Numbered from the stretch's first letter, positions 1-10,182 are shown. The stretch is 64,000 nt of DNA from an uncultured Gemmatimonadaceae bacterium (GCA_963817955.1 CAWFQK010000002.1:800001-864000), one strand, 5' to 3'. Made by a program: numbers and translations. The notes: generated from the letters alone by a model not told the origin.

Positions 1-656
1 TGCCTGAGCTGCGTCCCGTAAACCTCGGCGTAGCCAAGGATCAGCGGTTGTCGCTCAATCCGTCACAGATCTCCGGCGCGTGCGGGCGGCTGATGTGCTG
101 CCTCCGCTACGAGCACGAGTTCTACGTGCAGGCGAGAAAGCGCTTTCCAAAGGAAGGCAAGATCATTCGCACGAAGCTCGGTGAGGAGAAGGTGATTGCG
201 AACGACATCTTCCGCGAATGCGTCACGTTACGCGGTGACGATGGCGAAGTTCGTATCATCCGCCTCGAGGAGCTGCGCGCGGAAGCAGATGCGGCGGGCA
301 TGCCGCTGCCGTTGCCACCGTCCGGCGCCGCACCGGTGAACGCGCCGGAGGAGGACGAAGGCGATCGAGAGGAACGCGGCGAGCTCGAGGAAGCGGTCGA
401 GGGCGATGAGCGGGACGTTGTCGCCGTCCAGGATCTCGAGTCCGTTTCGACGACGGCAGATCCGGAGTCGCCAGACAACGCGGAAACGGAGCAGGCAACG
501 GAGCAGGCGGCGGACATAGAAGCGCATGAGCGGCGACCACACCGGCGGCGTGGTCGCCGCGGCGGACGGCGCAATCGTCCCGGCGGCCGAGAAGGTGGAG
601 AGGCGCCGCAGGACGGCTTGGCACCCGATGGTACATCAGAGGGAGGGGAGGACTAG
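1..656 (+). CDS. ricT: PSP1-domain / stage 0 sporulation YaaT (RicT)-family protein, 5'-truncated by the window edge, with acidic and Arg-rich disordered C-tail
   Basis: Frame open from nt 3; motif AKDQRLSLNPSQISGACGRLMCCLRYE typical of YaaT/RicT; stop abuts the metG GTG start. Confidence 0.8.
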   Translation, partial: PELRPVNLGVAKDQRLSLNPSQISGACGRLMCCLRYEHEFYVQARKRFPKEGKIIRTKLGEEKVIANDIFRECVTLRGDDGEVRIIRLEELRAEADAAGMPLPLPPSGAAPVNAPEEDEGDREERGELEEAVEGDERDVVAVQDLESVSTTADPESPDNAETEQATEQAADIEAHERRPHRRRGRRGGRRNRPGGREGGEAPQDGLAPDGTSEGGED

Positions 657-2186
657 GTGGGGAAGTTCTATCTGACGACCGCCATCGATTATGCGAATGG
701 CGATCCGCACATCGGCCACGCCTACGAAAAGATTGGCGCCGACGCCATAGCGCGATATCGGCGTATGTGTGGCGATGATGTTCGATTCCTGACGGGACTC
801 GACGAACACGGACAGAAGGTCGCGCAGGCAGCTGCCGAGCGCGGCGTATCGCCGCAGCAGTTCGTGGATCAGATCGCTGGACACTTCGAGTCGATGTGGC
901 AGCGGTTGTCGATCTCCCACGATCGCTTCATCCGCACCACCGACGCCGACCACAAGGCCGGCGTGAAAGCGCTCATCGAGCGTATCCACGAACGCGCACC
1001 CGACGACTTCTACGAAAAGAGCTACGAGGGTTGGTACTGTGTCGGCTGCGAGTTGTTCAAACGCGACGACGAAGTCGTGGACGGCAAGTGCGTGCTCCAT
1101 CCGACGCGGATGCTCGAGTGGACCACCGAACGCAACTGGTTCTTCAGACTGACGCGGTACGAGCCGTTTCTCCGGGAGCTGTTCGCGAAGCAGCCAGACT
1201 TTCTCGCGCCAGACACGCGCCGCAACGAAATTCTGGGGCTCTTCGATCAGGGGCTCGAGGACATCTCGATCACGCGGTCGCGTCTGTCGTGGGCCATCCC
1301 ATTCCCGCTCGCCCTCTCGACCGGCGAAGTGCAGGGGACATGGGTGTGGTTCGACGCACTGCCGAATTATCTCACGGCCACGGGATTCCCCGCGCCAGGG
1401 TACGACCGCCATTGGCCGGCGCAGTTGCACGTGATCGGCAAGGACATCACGCGTCTCCATACGGTGATCTGGCCGGCAATGCTCCAGGCAGCTGGCCTCG
1501 CCCTTCCAGAACACGTGTGGGCACACGGCTTCGTCCTGCTCGCTGGCGAGCGCTTCAGTAAGTCGGCCGGGGTGCGGCTCGACGTGGACGAAGCAATCGA
1601 TCGCTACGGGAGCGACGCGCTCCGCTATTTCCTTCTGCGCGAGGTCCCCTTCGACGCAGACGGCAGTTTCTCATACGAACGCTTTGACGATCGGTACAAC
1701 TCCGATCTCGCGAACTCGCTCGGAAACCTGGCGAGCCGCGCGATCGCGATGGTCGAGAAATACTGTGACGGAGTGATCCCGGCCGGTGCGCGCGGAGACC
1801 TCGATCGGGCCGACGCTGCAGAGTTGGCCGGATATCACGCCTCACTCGACGGCAGCCGTGGTTACATGCTGCACGAGGGCATCAAACACGTGATGGCGTC
1901 CGTGGCGCGCGGTAACGAATTCGTCCAATCCAGCAAACCTTGGGCGTTGGCGAAGGACCCGGACCAACGCGGGCAGCTCGAGGCGGTGCTGGCAGCGATC
2001 ATGCGCCAGCTCGTCCGCCACGCCATCTACCTCGCGCCGCTCATGCCGAACAAGGCGCAGGAGCTCTGGCAGCAGCTCGGCGGACCCGGCTGCGTTGAGG
2101 ATCAGCGCTTTGGAAACCTGGACGCGCTAAACATTACCGGTTGGCACGTGGCGAAAGGGGCGTCGTTGTTTCCGAAGATGGCGTAG
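657..2186 (+). CDS. metG: Methionine--tRNA ligase (short form without C-terminal dimerisation domain)
   Basis: FYLTTAIDYANGDPHIGH (HIGH), GLDEHGQK, YEGWYCVGCE knuckle, WFDAL, IGKDI, RFSKS (KMSKS variant). Confidence 0.97.
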   Translation: MGKFYLTTAIDYANGDPHIGHAYEKIGADAIARYRRMCGDDVRFLTGLDEHGQKVAQAAAERGVSPQQFVDQIAGHFESMWQRLSISHDRFIRTTDADHKAGVKALIERIHERAPDDFYEKSYEGWYCVGCELFKRDDEVVDGKCVLHPTRMLEWTTERNWFFRLTRYEPFLRELFAKQPDFLAPDTRRNEILGLFDQGLEDISITRSRLSWAIPFPLALSTGEVQGTWVWFDALPNYLTATGFPAPGYDRHWPAQLHVIGKDITRLHTVIWPAMLQAAGLALPEHVWAHGFVLLAGERFSKSAGVRLDVDEAIDRYGSDALRYFLLREVPFDADGSFSYERFDDRYNSDLANSLGNLASRAIAMVEKYCDGVIPAGARGDLDRADAAELAGYHASLDGSRGYMLHEGIKHVMASVARGNEFVQSSKPWALAKDPDQRGQLEAVLAAIMRQLVRHAIYLAPLMPNKAQELWQQLGGPGCVEDQRFGNLDALNITGWHVAKGASLFPKMA

Positions 2187-2187
2187 G

Positions 2188-2281
2188 GGGACACGGGACA
2201 CGAGATGACAAAGGCACACCAGACTAAGTCCGGTGTGCCTTTGCAGTTGTCCCGTGTCCCGTGTCTCGTGTCCCGTGTCTC
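2188..2281. repeat. Family C heptamer palindrome: GACACGG/A tandems in inverted orientation around a central hairpin
   Basis: gggacacgggacacgaga - caaaggcacacc...ggtgtgcctttg - (cccgtgt/ctcgtgt)n, between convergent metG and lemA. Confidence 0.9.
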
Positions 2282-2282
2282 T

Positions 2283-2858
2283 CTACGGCTTCGCCGGCGC
2301 CGGCTTTGAGAAGTCCACAGGTGGCGGCCCTTGCTCCGCCGAAGCACTCGCCGTGAAATACTTCCGCGGCTTCGCCCCGGTCACCTTCGCGGTAATCACC
2401 GCCGGAAATTGCCGGATGTACGCGTTATAGGCGTTCACTGCCTGATTGTAGTCCACACGCGAAACGGCAATGCGGTTCTCCGTGCCGGTCAGCTCGTCCT
2501 GGAGGCGCAGAAAGCTCTGATCCGCCTTGAGTTGCGGATAGGCCTCGACGGTCACCATCAGCCGTCCGAGTGTGGACGTGAGCTGCGCGTTCGCATTCGC
2601 CATCTGCTCGGCGTCGTGCGATTGAATGGCGCCGACCAGCCCGGAACGTGCCTGTGCCACCTGTGTGAAGACAGCCTCTTCATGCTGCGCGTATCCCTTC
2701 ACCGTATTCACGAGATTGGGGATGAGGTCCGCGCGGCGCTGAAGCTGGACTTCGATCTGACTCTGCGCCGTGGCAGCCTGCTCGTCGAGCGACTGAATGC
2801 GGTTGTAGCCGCAGGCGCCGAGCGGGAGCAAAAGCAGAAGTGCGAGCCAGCGTTTCAT
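2283..2858 (-). CDS. lemA: LemA family protein (lipoprotein-like N-terminus)
   Basis: QLQRRADLIPNLVNTVKGYA, EAYPQLKA, LQDELTGTENRIAVSRVDYN. Confidence 0.95.
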   Translation of the reverse strand: MKRWLALLLLLPLGACGYNRIQSLDEQAATAQSQIEVQLQRRADLIPNLVNTVKGYAQHEEAVFTQVAQARSGLVGAIQSHDAEQMANANAQLTSTLGRLMVTVEAYPQLKADQSFLRLQDELTGTENRIAVSRVDYNQAVNAYNAYIRQFPAVITAKVTGAKPRKYFTASASAEQGPPPVDFSKPAPAKP

Positions 2859-2904
2859 GGTTCACTCCGAGAAAAAGACGGTGGATGTTCAGACTGAGGA
2901 GAGA

Positions 2905-3627
2905 TTACGCGTCGACGGCGTCGAAAGTGTCGATGTGCGATACGAGTTGCTCCATACCACGCAGATAGCCGGAGAGCACCGGCGGGGCATCGGATGATTT
3001 CAGCGCCGGCTCACCGCGCACGTGCTGCAGCACGCGGGAAAAGGGTGCCGAATCAAAACCAACGATCTTCGCGGCAGCGTCAATGAGCGCCATGTTGTCG
3101 GTCGGCGCCTGCGTGCCGTGGAGGCGCAGGAACGCACGAAGGATGATCATGATGCTGCCTGCGCTCGCGGCGAGCAGTTCTGCTTGGCGCTGTCCGTCGT
3201 TGCCGGCGGCCAGGATGCCCTGTCGCAGCTTGAGCAGCTTGCCCATTGCTTCCTGCTCGACCTGCAGGCGCAGATTCTTCCGTTCAACCTGAATGCCTTC
3301 GAACGGCGGATCGCCATACAGCACGCGATGGCGTTCGAGGATATCGGCGTACTCCATGGGGAAGATGTCCGATGAGCCACGCCACTCGCTCAGAGTCATG
3401 GTGAGCGGCGCGGGATTTCCCGCCTCGAGCCAGGCGCGCGACGTCGCGGACGCGCCAGCGAGGCGTGCCGCGTCCAGCGCATCGACGATCACCAGCACGT
3501 TGTAGTCGGAGTGCTTGTGGTGGTGAGTACCACGCGCCGCCGAACCGTACAGGACCACCGATCGCAGCGCCGTGCCGTAGGCGGCGCGCAACTGCGAAAC
3601 GAGTTCTTCGAGTGTCATGCGTGCCAT
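2905..3627 (-). CDS. Pol-beta-like nucleotidyltransferase domain protein with C-terminal helical domain
   Basis: SVVLYGSAARG...SDYNVLVIV motif; sits between the TPM gene and lemA. Confidence 0.8.
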   Translation of the reverse strand: MARMTLEELVSQLRAAYGTALRSVVLYGSAARGTHHHKHSDYNVLVIVDALDAARLAGASATSRAWLEAGNPAPLTMTLSEWRGSSDIFPMEYADILERHRVLYGDPPFEGIQVERKNLRLQVEQEAMGKLLKLRQGILAAGNDGQRQAELLAASAGSIMIILRAFLRLHGTQAPTDNMALIDAAAKIVGFDSAPFSRVLQHVRGEPALKSSDAPPVLSGYLRGMEQLVSHIDTFDAVDA

Positions 3628-3630
3628 AGG

Positions 3631-4461
3631 TCACCAAGATCCGCTGGAGCCACCACCACCGAAACCGCCGCCACCGCCAAAGCCACCGAACCCTCCTCCA
3701 CCACCGAACCCGCCGCCACCACCAAAGCCGCCGCCCCCCCAACCTCCCCCGCGACCGCCGCCCATCCCTCCGAGAAATGGAATGAACAGCGGGAAGCACC
3801 CACTCCGACCACGACCTCTGCCGAGCGCCGACAACACCACGAAGAGCAGAATGATCAGAAGGGACGGCGGAATGCCGCCCCTTCCCCCTCGGCGACTTGG
3901 CGGTTGTGCCGCGGGTTGCTCGAAGGTGCTGTCGATGGCGAAATGGAATTCGTTCGCGAACCGTTCCGCCACGCGCAACGTCATCAGTTCGATGCCGTCG
4001 CCATAATCCTTCTGCTGGAAATACGGAACGGCCTCGTCGCGGATGGCGCCGGTGGTCGCATCGGTGATGAAGCCTTCCGCGCCGTACCCGGTCTCGATCC
4101 GAACCCAGCCACGTCCATCCTTGCTCGTTTCCTTGGGAACGACAAGGATGATTACGCCGGTGTTACGTGCGGGATCGCCCGGCTTGCCCGCCTGCCCCAC
4201 TTTCCAACTCCGGCCGATGTTCAGGCTGACTTCTTCGATCGGACGGCCGCCAAGATCGGCGAGCGTGACGACGACGATCTCACCGCCGGACTTGGCGCGG
4301 ACATCGTCGATGATGCGTTGGATGGTCGCCGCATTCCCGGCGGGAATGATGTGCGCGAAATCGTTGACGTATCCCTGCGGCTCGGGAATCTGGAGCCCCT
4401 GGGGCGGGGGGACGAACGAGAGCAGCGCGGATGTCAGGAGCGCGAACGCTCGAAGGGGCAC
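3631..4461 (-). CDS. TPM (TLP18.3/Psb32/MOLO-1) domain protein, YgcG-like
   Basis: GYVNDFAHII, EIVVVT, VRIETGYGAEGFITD, TM helix, C-terminal GGFGGGGSSGSW tail; GTG start. Confidence 0.92.
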   Translation of the reverse strand: MPLRAFALLTSALLSFVPPPQGLQIPEPQGYVNDFAHIIPAGNAATIQRIIDDVRAKSGGEIVVVTLADLGGRPIEEVSLNIGRSWKVGQAGKPGDPARNTGVIILVVPKETSKDGRGWVRIETGYGAEGFITDATTGAIRDEAVPYFQQKDYGDGIELMTLRVAERFANEFHFAIDSTFEQPAAQPPSRRGGRGGIPPSLLIILLFVVLSALGRGRGRSGCFPLFIPFLGGMGGGRGGGWGGGGFGGGGGFGGGGGFGGFGGGGGFGGGGSSGSW

Positions 4462-4703
4462 GTGCCTTCCGGAAAAGGATGCCCGGCCGCTCGTGGCAAT
4501 GTGGCCGGCTGTTGCACAACGCTATCGTACAATGGTTAACAACGGAAGCGTTGGCCCGCGGGATTCAGACGGTGCAGGACCGCCCCCATGGTTGCGCAGT
4601 GTGGCAACAGACTGGGCTGCAAGAGGTATGCCCTGTGCGACCGCACGAAATTCACGTAGTTTACCTCGACGGCCTCACTCCTTTCGCCGACCGCCTCCCC
4701 ACT

Positions 4704-5414
4704 ATGCGACCCACTGTTATCCCCTCACTGCTGGCGATGTCGCTCATCGTCGCTTGCGCCCGCCCGGATACGGCGAAACCCGCCTCGCAGCCGCCCGCCG
4801 CCACCGCATCGGCCAACGGCGCGCTCGGCACGGCCATCGCTGGCCGCGACAGCATCAGCGATCGCGCCGACGCCGGCCGCATTCTCGGCTCGCCAAACGC
4901 GCCGGTATGGGTGATCATGGCGAGTGATTTCCAGTGCCCGTTCTGCAAGCAGTGGCATGATGCGACGTTCCCGCAGATCATGCAGAACTACGTCACCAAG
5001 GGACGCGTGCGTCTCGCGTATGTCAACTTCCCGCTCCGAATGCATCAGAATTCGATGCCGGCCTCGGAAGCAGCGATGTGCGCGTCGGTGCAAAACAAGT
5101 TCTGGCAAATGCACGACGCGTTGTTCAACACCCAGGAGAAGTGGGAATCGCTGCCGAATGCGACTGCGTTTTTCGACTCGCTCGCCATCGCCGCCGGCGT
5201 GAACGCGCCGCTGTACCGCGAATGCATCAGCCAGCATTTGACGGCGCCACTCATTCAGGCGGATCGTGACCGCTGGGCGGCGCGTGGAGTCAGGTCCACA
5301 CCGACATTCTTCATTGGCGACACGATGATCGAGGGCGCGCAGCCGTACGCCGATTTCCAGAAAGCCATCGACGCCGCGCTGGCGAAGGCTGCCGCGAAGA
5401 AGCCGGCGGGCTGA
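4704..5414 (+). CDS. DsbA-family thioredoxin-fold lipoprotein
   Basis: Lipobox IVAC, GSPNAPVWV, DFQCPFC, TPTFFI; start placed at ATG 4704. Confidence 0.9.
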   Translation: MRPTVIPSLLAMSLIVACARPDTAKPASQPPAATASANGALGTAIAGRDSISDRADAGRILGSPNAPVWVIMASDFQCPFCKQWHDATFPQIMQNYVTKGRVRLAYVNFPLRMHQNSMPASEAAMCASVQNKFWQMHDALFNTQEKWESLPNATAFFDSLAIAAGVNAPLYRECISQHLTAPLIQADRDRWAARGVRSTPTFFIGDTMIEGAQPYADFQKAIDAALAKAAAKKPAG

Positions 5415-6701
5415 GTGCCGTTGCGTTTCCCCGTGCAATTGGGCTACGGCGCGCTGGGGCAGCTCGCGCGGGGCGCAGCGGCCGTCGTACCGGAGAGTGA
5501 ATCGAAGTTGTTGCGCACGTTGCGGGCGCGCCGCGGCATTCGCGAGCGCTTCCGCTCGTGGGGCGCGTCGGAGCGCGACCACAGGCACTCGCTGCTGTGG
5601 ATGCACGCACCATCCGTGGGCGAAGGCCTGCAGGCACGTCCCGTGCTCGAGCTCGCGCGCCTGCGCCGGCCAGACCTGCAGCTCGCGTACACGCATTACT
5701 CGCCAAGTGCCGTGTCGTTCGCACAGAACCTCGACGTTGATTTTCGCGACTATCTGCCGTTCGACACCCCGGGCGATTCACGCATCGCGCTCGAAGCGCT
5801 GGCGCCCACGGCGCTCGTCTTCGCCAAGCTCGATGTGTGGCCGGTCCTGACGCGTGAGGCAAGCGCCCGCGGCGTACGCCTCGGATTGATCAGTGCGACG
5901 TTGTCACGGGGGAGCTCCCGGCGCTCGCGCGCCGCGTCGTCGCTGCTCCGCGGCGCCTATGCCGCGCTCGAGGCGGTGGGAGCCGTCGATGAGGCCGACG
6001 CGGATCGCCTGGTGCAACTGGGCGTTCGCTCACAGGTCATTGTCGTTACCGGGGACACACGATACGATCAGGTCTGGCTTCGCGCTCAGCGCGTCGATCG
6101 GGCCAGCCCGATGCTCGAGCGCCTGCGCGCCCTGCGCCCGACACTTGTCGCCGGATCGACCTGGCCGACGGACGAGGCGGTGCTCCTCCCGGCGTTCGAT
6201 GCATTGCGCCAATATGCGCCGACGGCTCGCCTGATCATTGCCCCACACGAACCGTCTGCGGAGCGCGCGGCGCAACTCGTGGCGTGGGCACGCCACACGA
6301 ACCTGGTGGCGACCTGTCTCGACGACGCTGGTGCACCGCACGCCGACGTCGTGATCGTCGATCGCCTGGGCGTATTGGGCGACCTCTACGCGCTCGCCGA
6401 CGTGGCGTTCGTCGGTGGAGGCTTTCATACCGCGGGATTGCACTCCGTCCTCGAGCCGGCCGCCTTCGGCACGCCGGTGCTCTTCGGCCCACTGAACGAG
6501 AACAGCCGAGATGCCGCGCTCCTTGGACAGCGCGGCGGAGCGGCGGTGAGCAATGCGGACGACTTGCTCAAGCGCCTGCGGACCTGGATGACCGACGCCG
6601 ATGAACGCCGCGAGGCAGGTGACTACGCCCGCGCACTGGTGCGCAGCGGACTCGGCGCGGCAGATCGCTCGTTCGCGCTCGTCGAACGCCTGCTGCACTG
6701 A
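5415..6701 (+). CDS. waaA: 3-deoxy-D-manno-octulosonic acid (Kdo) transferase
   Basis: WMHAPSVGEG, YLPFD, VTGDTRYD, AGSTW, IAPHE, VAFVGGG, HSVLEPAAFGTPVLFGP. Confidence 0.92.
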   Translation: MPLRFPVQLGYGALGQLARGAAAVVPESESKLLRTLRARRGIRERFRSWGASERDHRHSLLWMHAPSVGEGLQARPVLELARLRRPDLQLAYTHYSPSAVSFAQNLDVDFRDYLPFDTPGDSRIALEALAPTALVFAKLDVWPVLTREASARGVRLGLISATLSRGSSRRSRAASSLLRGAYAALEAVGAVDEADADRLVQLGVRSQVIVVTGDTRYDQVWLRAQRVDRASPMLERLRALRPTLVAGSTWPTDEAVLLPAFDALRQYAPTARLIIAPHEPSAERAAQLVAWARHTNLVATCLDDAGAPHADVVIVDRLGVLGDLYALADVAFVGGGFHTAGLHSVLEPAAFGTPVLFGPLNENSRDAALLGQRGGAAVSNADDLLKRLRTWMTDADERREAGDYARALVRSGLGAADRSFALVERLLH

Positions 6702-6702
6702 C

Positions 6703-7220
6703 GCGAAGGCCTGGCATCCTGGATGCCTGTCATCCTGAGCGCAGCGAAGGATCTCTGTGACCGATAGAACAGCTTTTGAACGCAGAGGTCGCAGAGAAAC
6801 TGCAGGAGAACTGCAGGAGAACTGCAAAAGAATACTGCAAAAGAGAACTGGAACAAAGGAAACTGCAAAGAGAGAACTGTAAGCGTACGGAAGAGGGAAG
6901 CGCGTATTGGTGGAATGAACTGTGGATGCCGAGCCCACACTCATTCCGCTTATATCGTTACTGATTCCGATCTGGGCGATACCATCGGAGCGTCACGACG
7001 GCATCAGCCAAGACATCCAGGCGAGACAATCATTCATGGTCCTCTGTAGTTCTCTTGCAGTTCTCTGCAGTTCTCCTGCAGTTTCTCTGCGACCTCTGCG
7101 TTCAAAAGCTGTTCTATCGGTCACAGAGATCCTTCGCTGCGCTCAGGATGACAGGCTTTCGCTCAGGATGACAGGCTTTCGCCCAGGATGACAGCTGCGC
7201 TCAGGATGACAGGCCTTCGC
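6703..7220. mobile_element. Family A palindromic element (REPIN/MITE-like), copy 1
   Basis: Perfect 92-bp inverted repeat 6725-6816 / 7065-7156; GAGAACTGCA-type microrepeats; core ~6880-7042 shared with copies 2-4; ~20-bp tandem CGCTCAGGATGACAGGCTTT units at 7140-7220. Confidence 0.85.
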
Positions 7221-7237
7221 TGTAGTTCAACCGTCTG

Positions 7238-8881
7238 TTAGCGGGTGACCGCCTCGGGCGTTGCCGGGAGCGGCAGGTGCAACGGCCTGTGGAGGAAGAA
7301 GCCCTGGACGAGGTGCACGCCAAGCGCCTTCACGGCCTCGAACTCCTCCGAGCGCTCGACGCCCTCGGCAATGACCTTGGCGCCATGATCGTTCGCGAAC
7401 CTCACCATCGTCTGCACGAGATTCTGTTTGATGAAATTCGTGTCGATGGCGTTGATGAGCGAGATATCGAGCTTGATGAAGTCCGGCTCCAGATTGGCAA
7501 TCGACCCCAGGCCGGCGTAGCCGCTGCCCGCGTCGTCCACGGCGAACCGAAAACCGCGCTCGCGGAAGATCATCAGCCGCTCGCGGAATTTGGGATAATC
7601 CTTGATCGCCGTCCGTTCGGTAATCTCGATGACGACGCGCTCGGGCTGCTTCACTTCATCTTCGTTGAACGCCGGATCACTGAAGTCGTGCGGGTCGACG
7701 TTCAGAAAGAGCAGCTCGTTCGGGCGCAATCGCGTGTCCATGCCTTCGATCGCGCGGGCGCGGCACAACCGGCTCAACTCCCATACGAGATCCGCCTCGG
7801 CCGCAACGTCAAACATTACTTCGGGACTGCGCAGACTGCGCATGACGCCGCGCGCCAGCGCTTCGTACCCGAAGATCTCGCGCGTTTCCGTGACGACGAT
7901 CGGGTGATAGTCCACGTACACGCCGCGATCGCGCAGACTGGAGCGCAAGTCCGCCACCCGCCGCGCACGCTCGCGCTCTTCGATCGATCGTGACGCGTTG
8001 GCTGCTTCGCGAATGCCGCGATAGATGAGACGTTCGACGCGGATCTTGGGATTGTAGTAGACGTGCGCCCGCCCCACGTAGATATCGAACAATGCGGCGA
8101 TGTCTTCGCCGTGCTGCGCCTCGATGCGCCCGCCCACATGTCGCTGCAGACGCGCCACCATTTCGGTGATCTCACTCTCCGTGGCGGCGGCCACGCCGGC
8201 CGCCGGCACGTGGAAGAAGATGAAATCGTCGTCGTTGGTGAAGCTCACCATGACCCGCGACGTGCTCAGTGCCGTATCGTCGAGAAACTCGCGCACCGCT
8301 GCCGCAGTCGTCTCGAGCACGGCGTCCAACTTTTCCCACCCGTAGATCTCCTCGATCTTCGAGTACCGCACGAAGTTCAGATAGAGCACGACGAGCTCGC
8401 CGCGCTCTTTGAACAGGTTCCGCGAACGCTCGATCATCACGGGCAGCGTCGGCAGACCGGTGAGCGAATCGTGGAGCATCTGCTCGTACTCCACACGGTC
8501 CACGTGATCGGCGGTCACTGGGGTCTGTGCCGGCGGTTGTCCGCGCCCGACCGCCGCGCGCACGCGTTGCGCGATCTCATCGCCCTCAGCGGGACACCGG
8601 TACCATTCCTCCGCTCTGAGCTCCACGGCACGGCGCCGCACGGTGTCGTCGGCGCATCCGACGATCACGGGAGTGCCACAGGCGTGCGCCCGCTCGATGA
8701 CGTCTCGCAGCAGCGACGGATCATCCGAAACGACGAGAACCGCACGCACACCGGCGCGAGTGCCGGTCACGTGCGCCAGATCGGCCGGGGCGACACGCTC
8801 AAGGCGCCATCCCTCCAGCTGTGCCATTGCTTCGTCGATCCCGGGCTGATCGGAATCCGTGAGCAGAATGGTCTCGCTCAC
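7238..8881 (-). CDS. EAL-domain c-di-GMP phosphodiesterase with degenerate receiver-like and degenerate GGDEF regions
   Basis: HDSLTGLP, FTNDDDF in the GGDEF position, YEALAR, EITE, AVDDAGSGY, IKLD, IAEGVE, VQGF. Confidence 0.9.
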   Translation of the reverse strand: MSETILLTDSDQPGIDEAMAQLEGWRLERVAPADLAHVTGTRAGVRAVLVVSDDPSLLRDVIERAHACGTPVIVGCADDTVRRRAVELRAEEWYRCPAEGDEIAQRVRAAVGRGQPPAQTPVTADHVDRVEYEQMLHDSLTGLPTLPVMIERSRNLFKERGELVVLYLNFVRYSKIEEIYGWEKLDAVLETTAAAVREFLDDTALSTSRVMVSFTNDDDFIFFHVPAAGVAAATESEITEMVARLQRHVGGRIEAQHGEDIAALFDIYVGRAHVYYNPKIRVERLIYRGIREAANASRSIEERERARRVADLRSSLRDRGVYVDYHPIVVTETREIFGYEALARGVMRSLRSPEVMFDVAAEADLVWELSRLCRARAIEGMDTRLRPNELLFLNVDPHDFSDPAFNEDEVKQPERVVIEITERTAIKDYPKFRERLMIFRERGFRFAVDDAGSGYAGLGSIANLEPDFIKLDISLINAIDTNFIKQNLVQTMVRFANDHGAKVIAEGVERSEEFEAVKALGVHLVQGFFLHRPLHLPLPATPEAVTR

Positions 8882-8900
8882 GCGAATCTCACTGGCGGGG

Positions 8901-9302
8901 TCACGAGGCCACGGCGCGCTGCATCGCGAGATTCCGCTCCACCGCCCTGGATAAGGTGGGCAGATCGAATGGCTTCTCGACGTAATCGTCGGCGCCGAAC
9001 TGCAGCGCCTCGCGCTTGTCCTGCCAGTCGTCCAGTGCCGTCACCATGATGATGCGCACCGTACGGCCGAGGGTGGGATGCTGTTTCATCACACGGCAGA
9101 CCTCCCAGCCGTCGCGGCCCGGCATCATCACGTCGAGCAACACGAGCACCGGTCGCACCGTCTCGAACAGCGCGAGCGCTTCGTCGCCACTGTGCGCCAC
9201 CGTAACGGGATAGCCGCGGAGTTCGAGATATTGGCGGATGATCTCGGCGTTGTCGTAGTTGTCATCGACCACCAGAATTGGAGGTTTCGCTACAGGAGTC
9301 AT
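8901..9302 (-). CDS. Single-domain response regulator
   Basis: ILVVDD, LLDVMMPGRDG, IIMVTA, GADDYVEKPF. Confidence 0.92.
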   Translation of the reverse strand: MTPVAKPPILVVDDNYDNAEIIRQYLELRGYPVTVAHSGDEALALFETVRPVLVLLDVMMPGRDGWEVCRVMKQHPTLGRTVRIIMVTALDDWQDKREALQFGADDYVEKPFDLPTLSRAVERNLAMQRAVAS

Positions 9303-9384
9303 GGAACTGCCTGGTGTGCTCCGTTGATGCGGTGCACGCCCCAGCGCACACCATCGCATCTATAATGGGCAAATCACAAGCCAT

Positions 9385-10182
9385 CTACCGCTGCCCGAAG
9401 GCATAGGAGACACCCAGCGCGTACGCCGTGCCGCTCGGGCCACCCAATCCCTTGGCCCTCGTCGCGCCAAATTCGACACCTGCGGTGGCGCCCAGAGCGT
9501 TCGTGATGCCAACATCGGCGCCAATCGCCGCACGGAACAGCCCGCTCGTCTTGCTGCCACCAGAAAAGAAAACGTAGGTGGGCGTGGCATACACAGACAA
9601 CCCATGCGTGCCACCAAACGATTGGCGCCAACCCAATGCGGCCCCGATCGGAATCTCGGTGCTCGTCGAGCTGGAGTCGAAGGTGATCGTCCCGCTGGTT
9701 GCGCCTGCCGGAATCGCGCATCCTACCGTTGATGCAGTGCAGAGTATGGTCGTGTGGGATGTCCGCGCACTGCCGCCACCAATCCCGGCAAATCCCGCGA
9801 ACCCAAAGTTGCTCGTTGATCTACCGAAGGGAATGGCGACGCGGGCGCCATATACGCCGCGCGAACTGCCGATTCCGGTCTGATACCCTGCTCCACCACT
9901 GAGCTGAAATCGTCCGCCTCCGGGGGTATACGACACGGCCGCCGCATACACGGAGCCGTTCGCGCCACCGCCGACATTCAAGGCACCTACACTACCGGGT
10001 GTCGCCCAGGCATTCTGGAGAACGGGCAATCCGCTGATCTGGGCGTCGGCAGAGGCACCTGAGATTGCCCCGGCAGCAGCGGCGACGAGAGTTGCCCGCA
10101 GCAACCGGTGACCGAATGACTGAGATCGTCCGGCGCCTTGCAGGTAAGAAGAGAGGTGGTAGAGGTGATAGAGCTGGTACAT
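9385..10182 (-). CDS. Hypothetical exported / outer-membrane beta-barrel-like protein (start uncertain)
   Basis: Signal-like LLRATLVAAAAGAISGASADAQ, alternating beta-strand pattern, C-terminal ALGVSYAF. Confidence 0.6.
   Translation of the reverse strand: MYQLYHLYHLSSYLQGAGRSQSFGHRLLRATLVAAAAGAISGASADAQISGLPVLQNAWATPGSVGALNVGGGANGSVYAAAVSYTPGGGRFQLSGGAGYQTGIGSSRGVYGARVAIPFGRSTSNFGFAGFAGIGGGSARTSHTTILCTASTVGCAIPAGATSGTITFDSSSTSTEIPIGAALGWRQSFGGTHGLSVYATPTYVFFSGGSKTSGLFRAAIGADVGITNALGATAGVEFGATRAKGLGGPSGTAYALGVSYAFGQR

Noticed and set aside
6915..7049. Small ORF in the family A core (MNxxCRxHxHSAYIVxxxDLGDTIxAS...)
   Set aside because: Copy 3 has a 1-nt deletion that shifts the frame, stop positions differ between copies, many changes are non-synonymous, and RBS spacing is poor.
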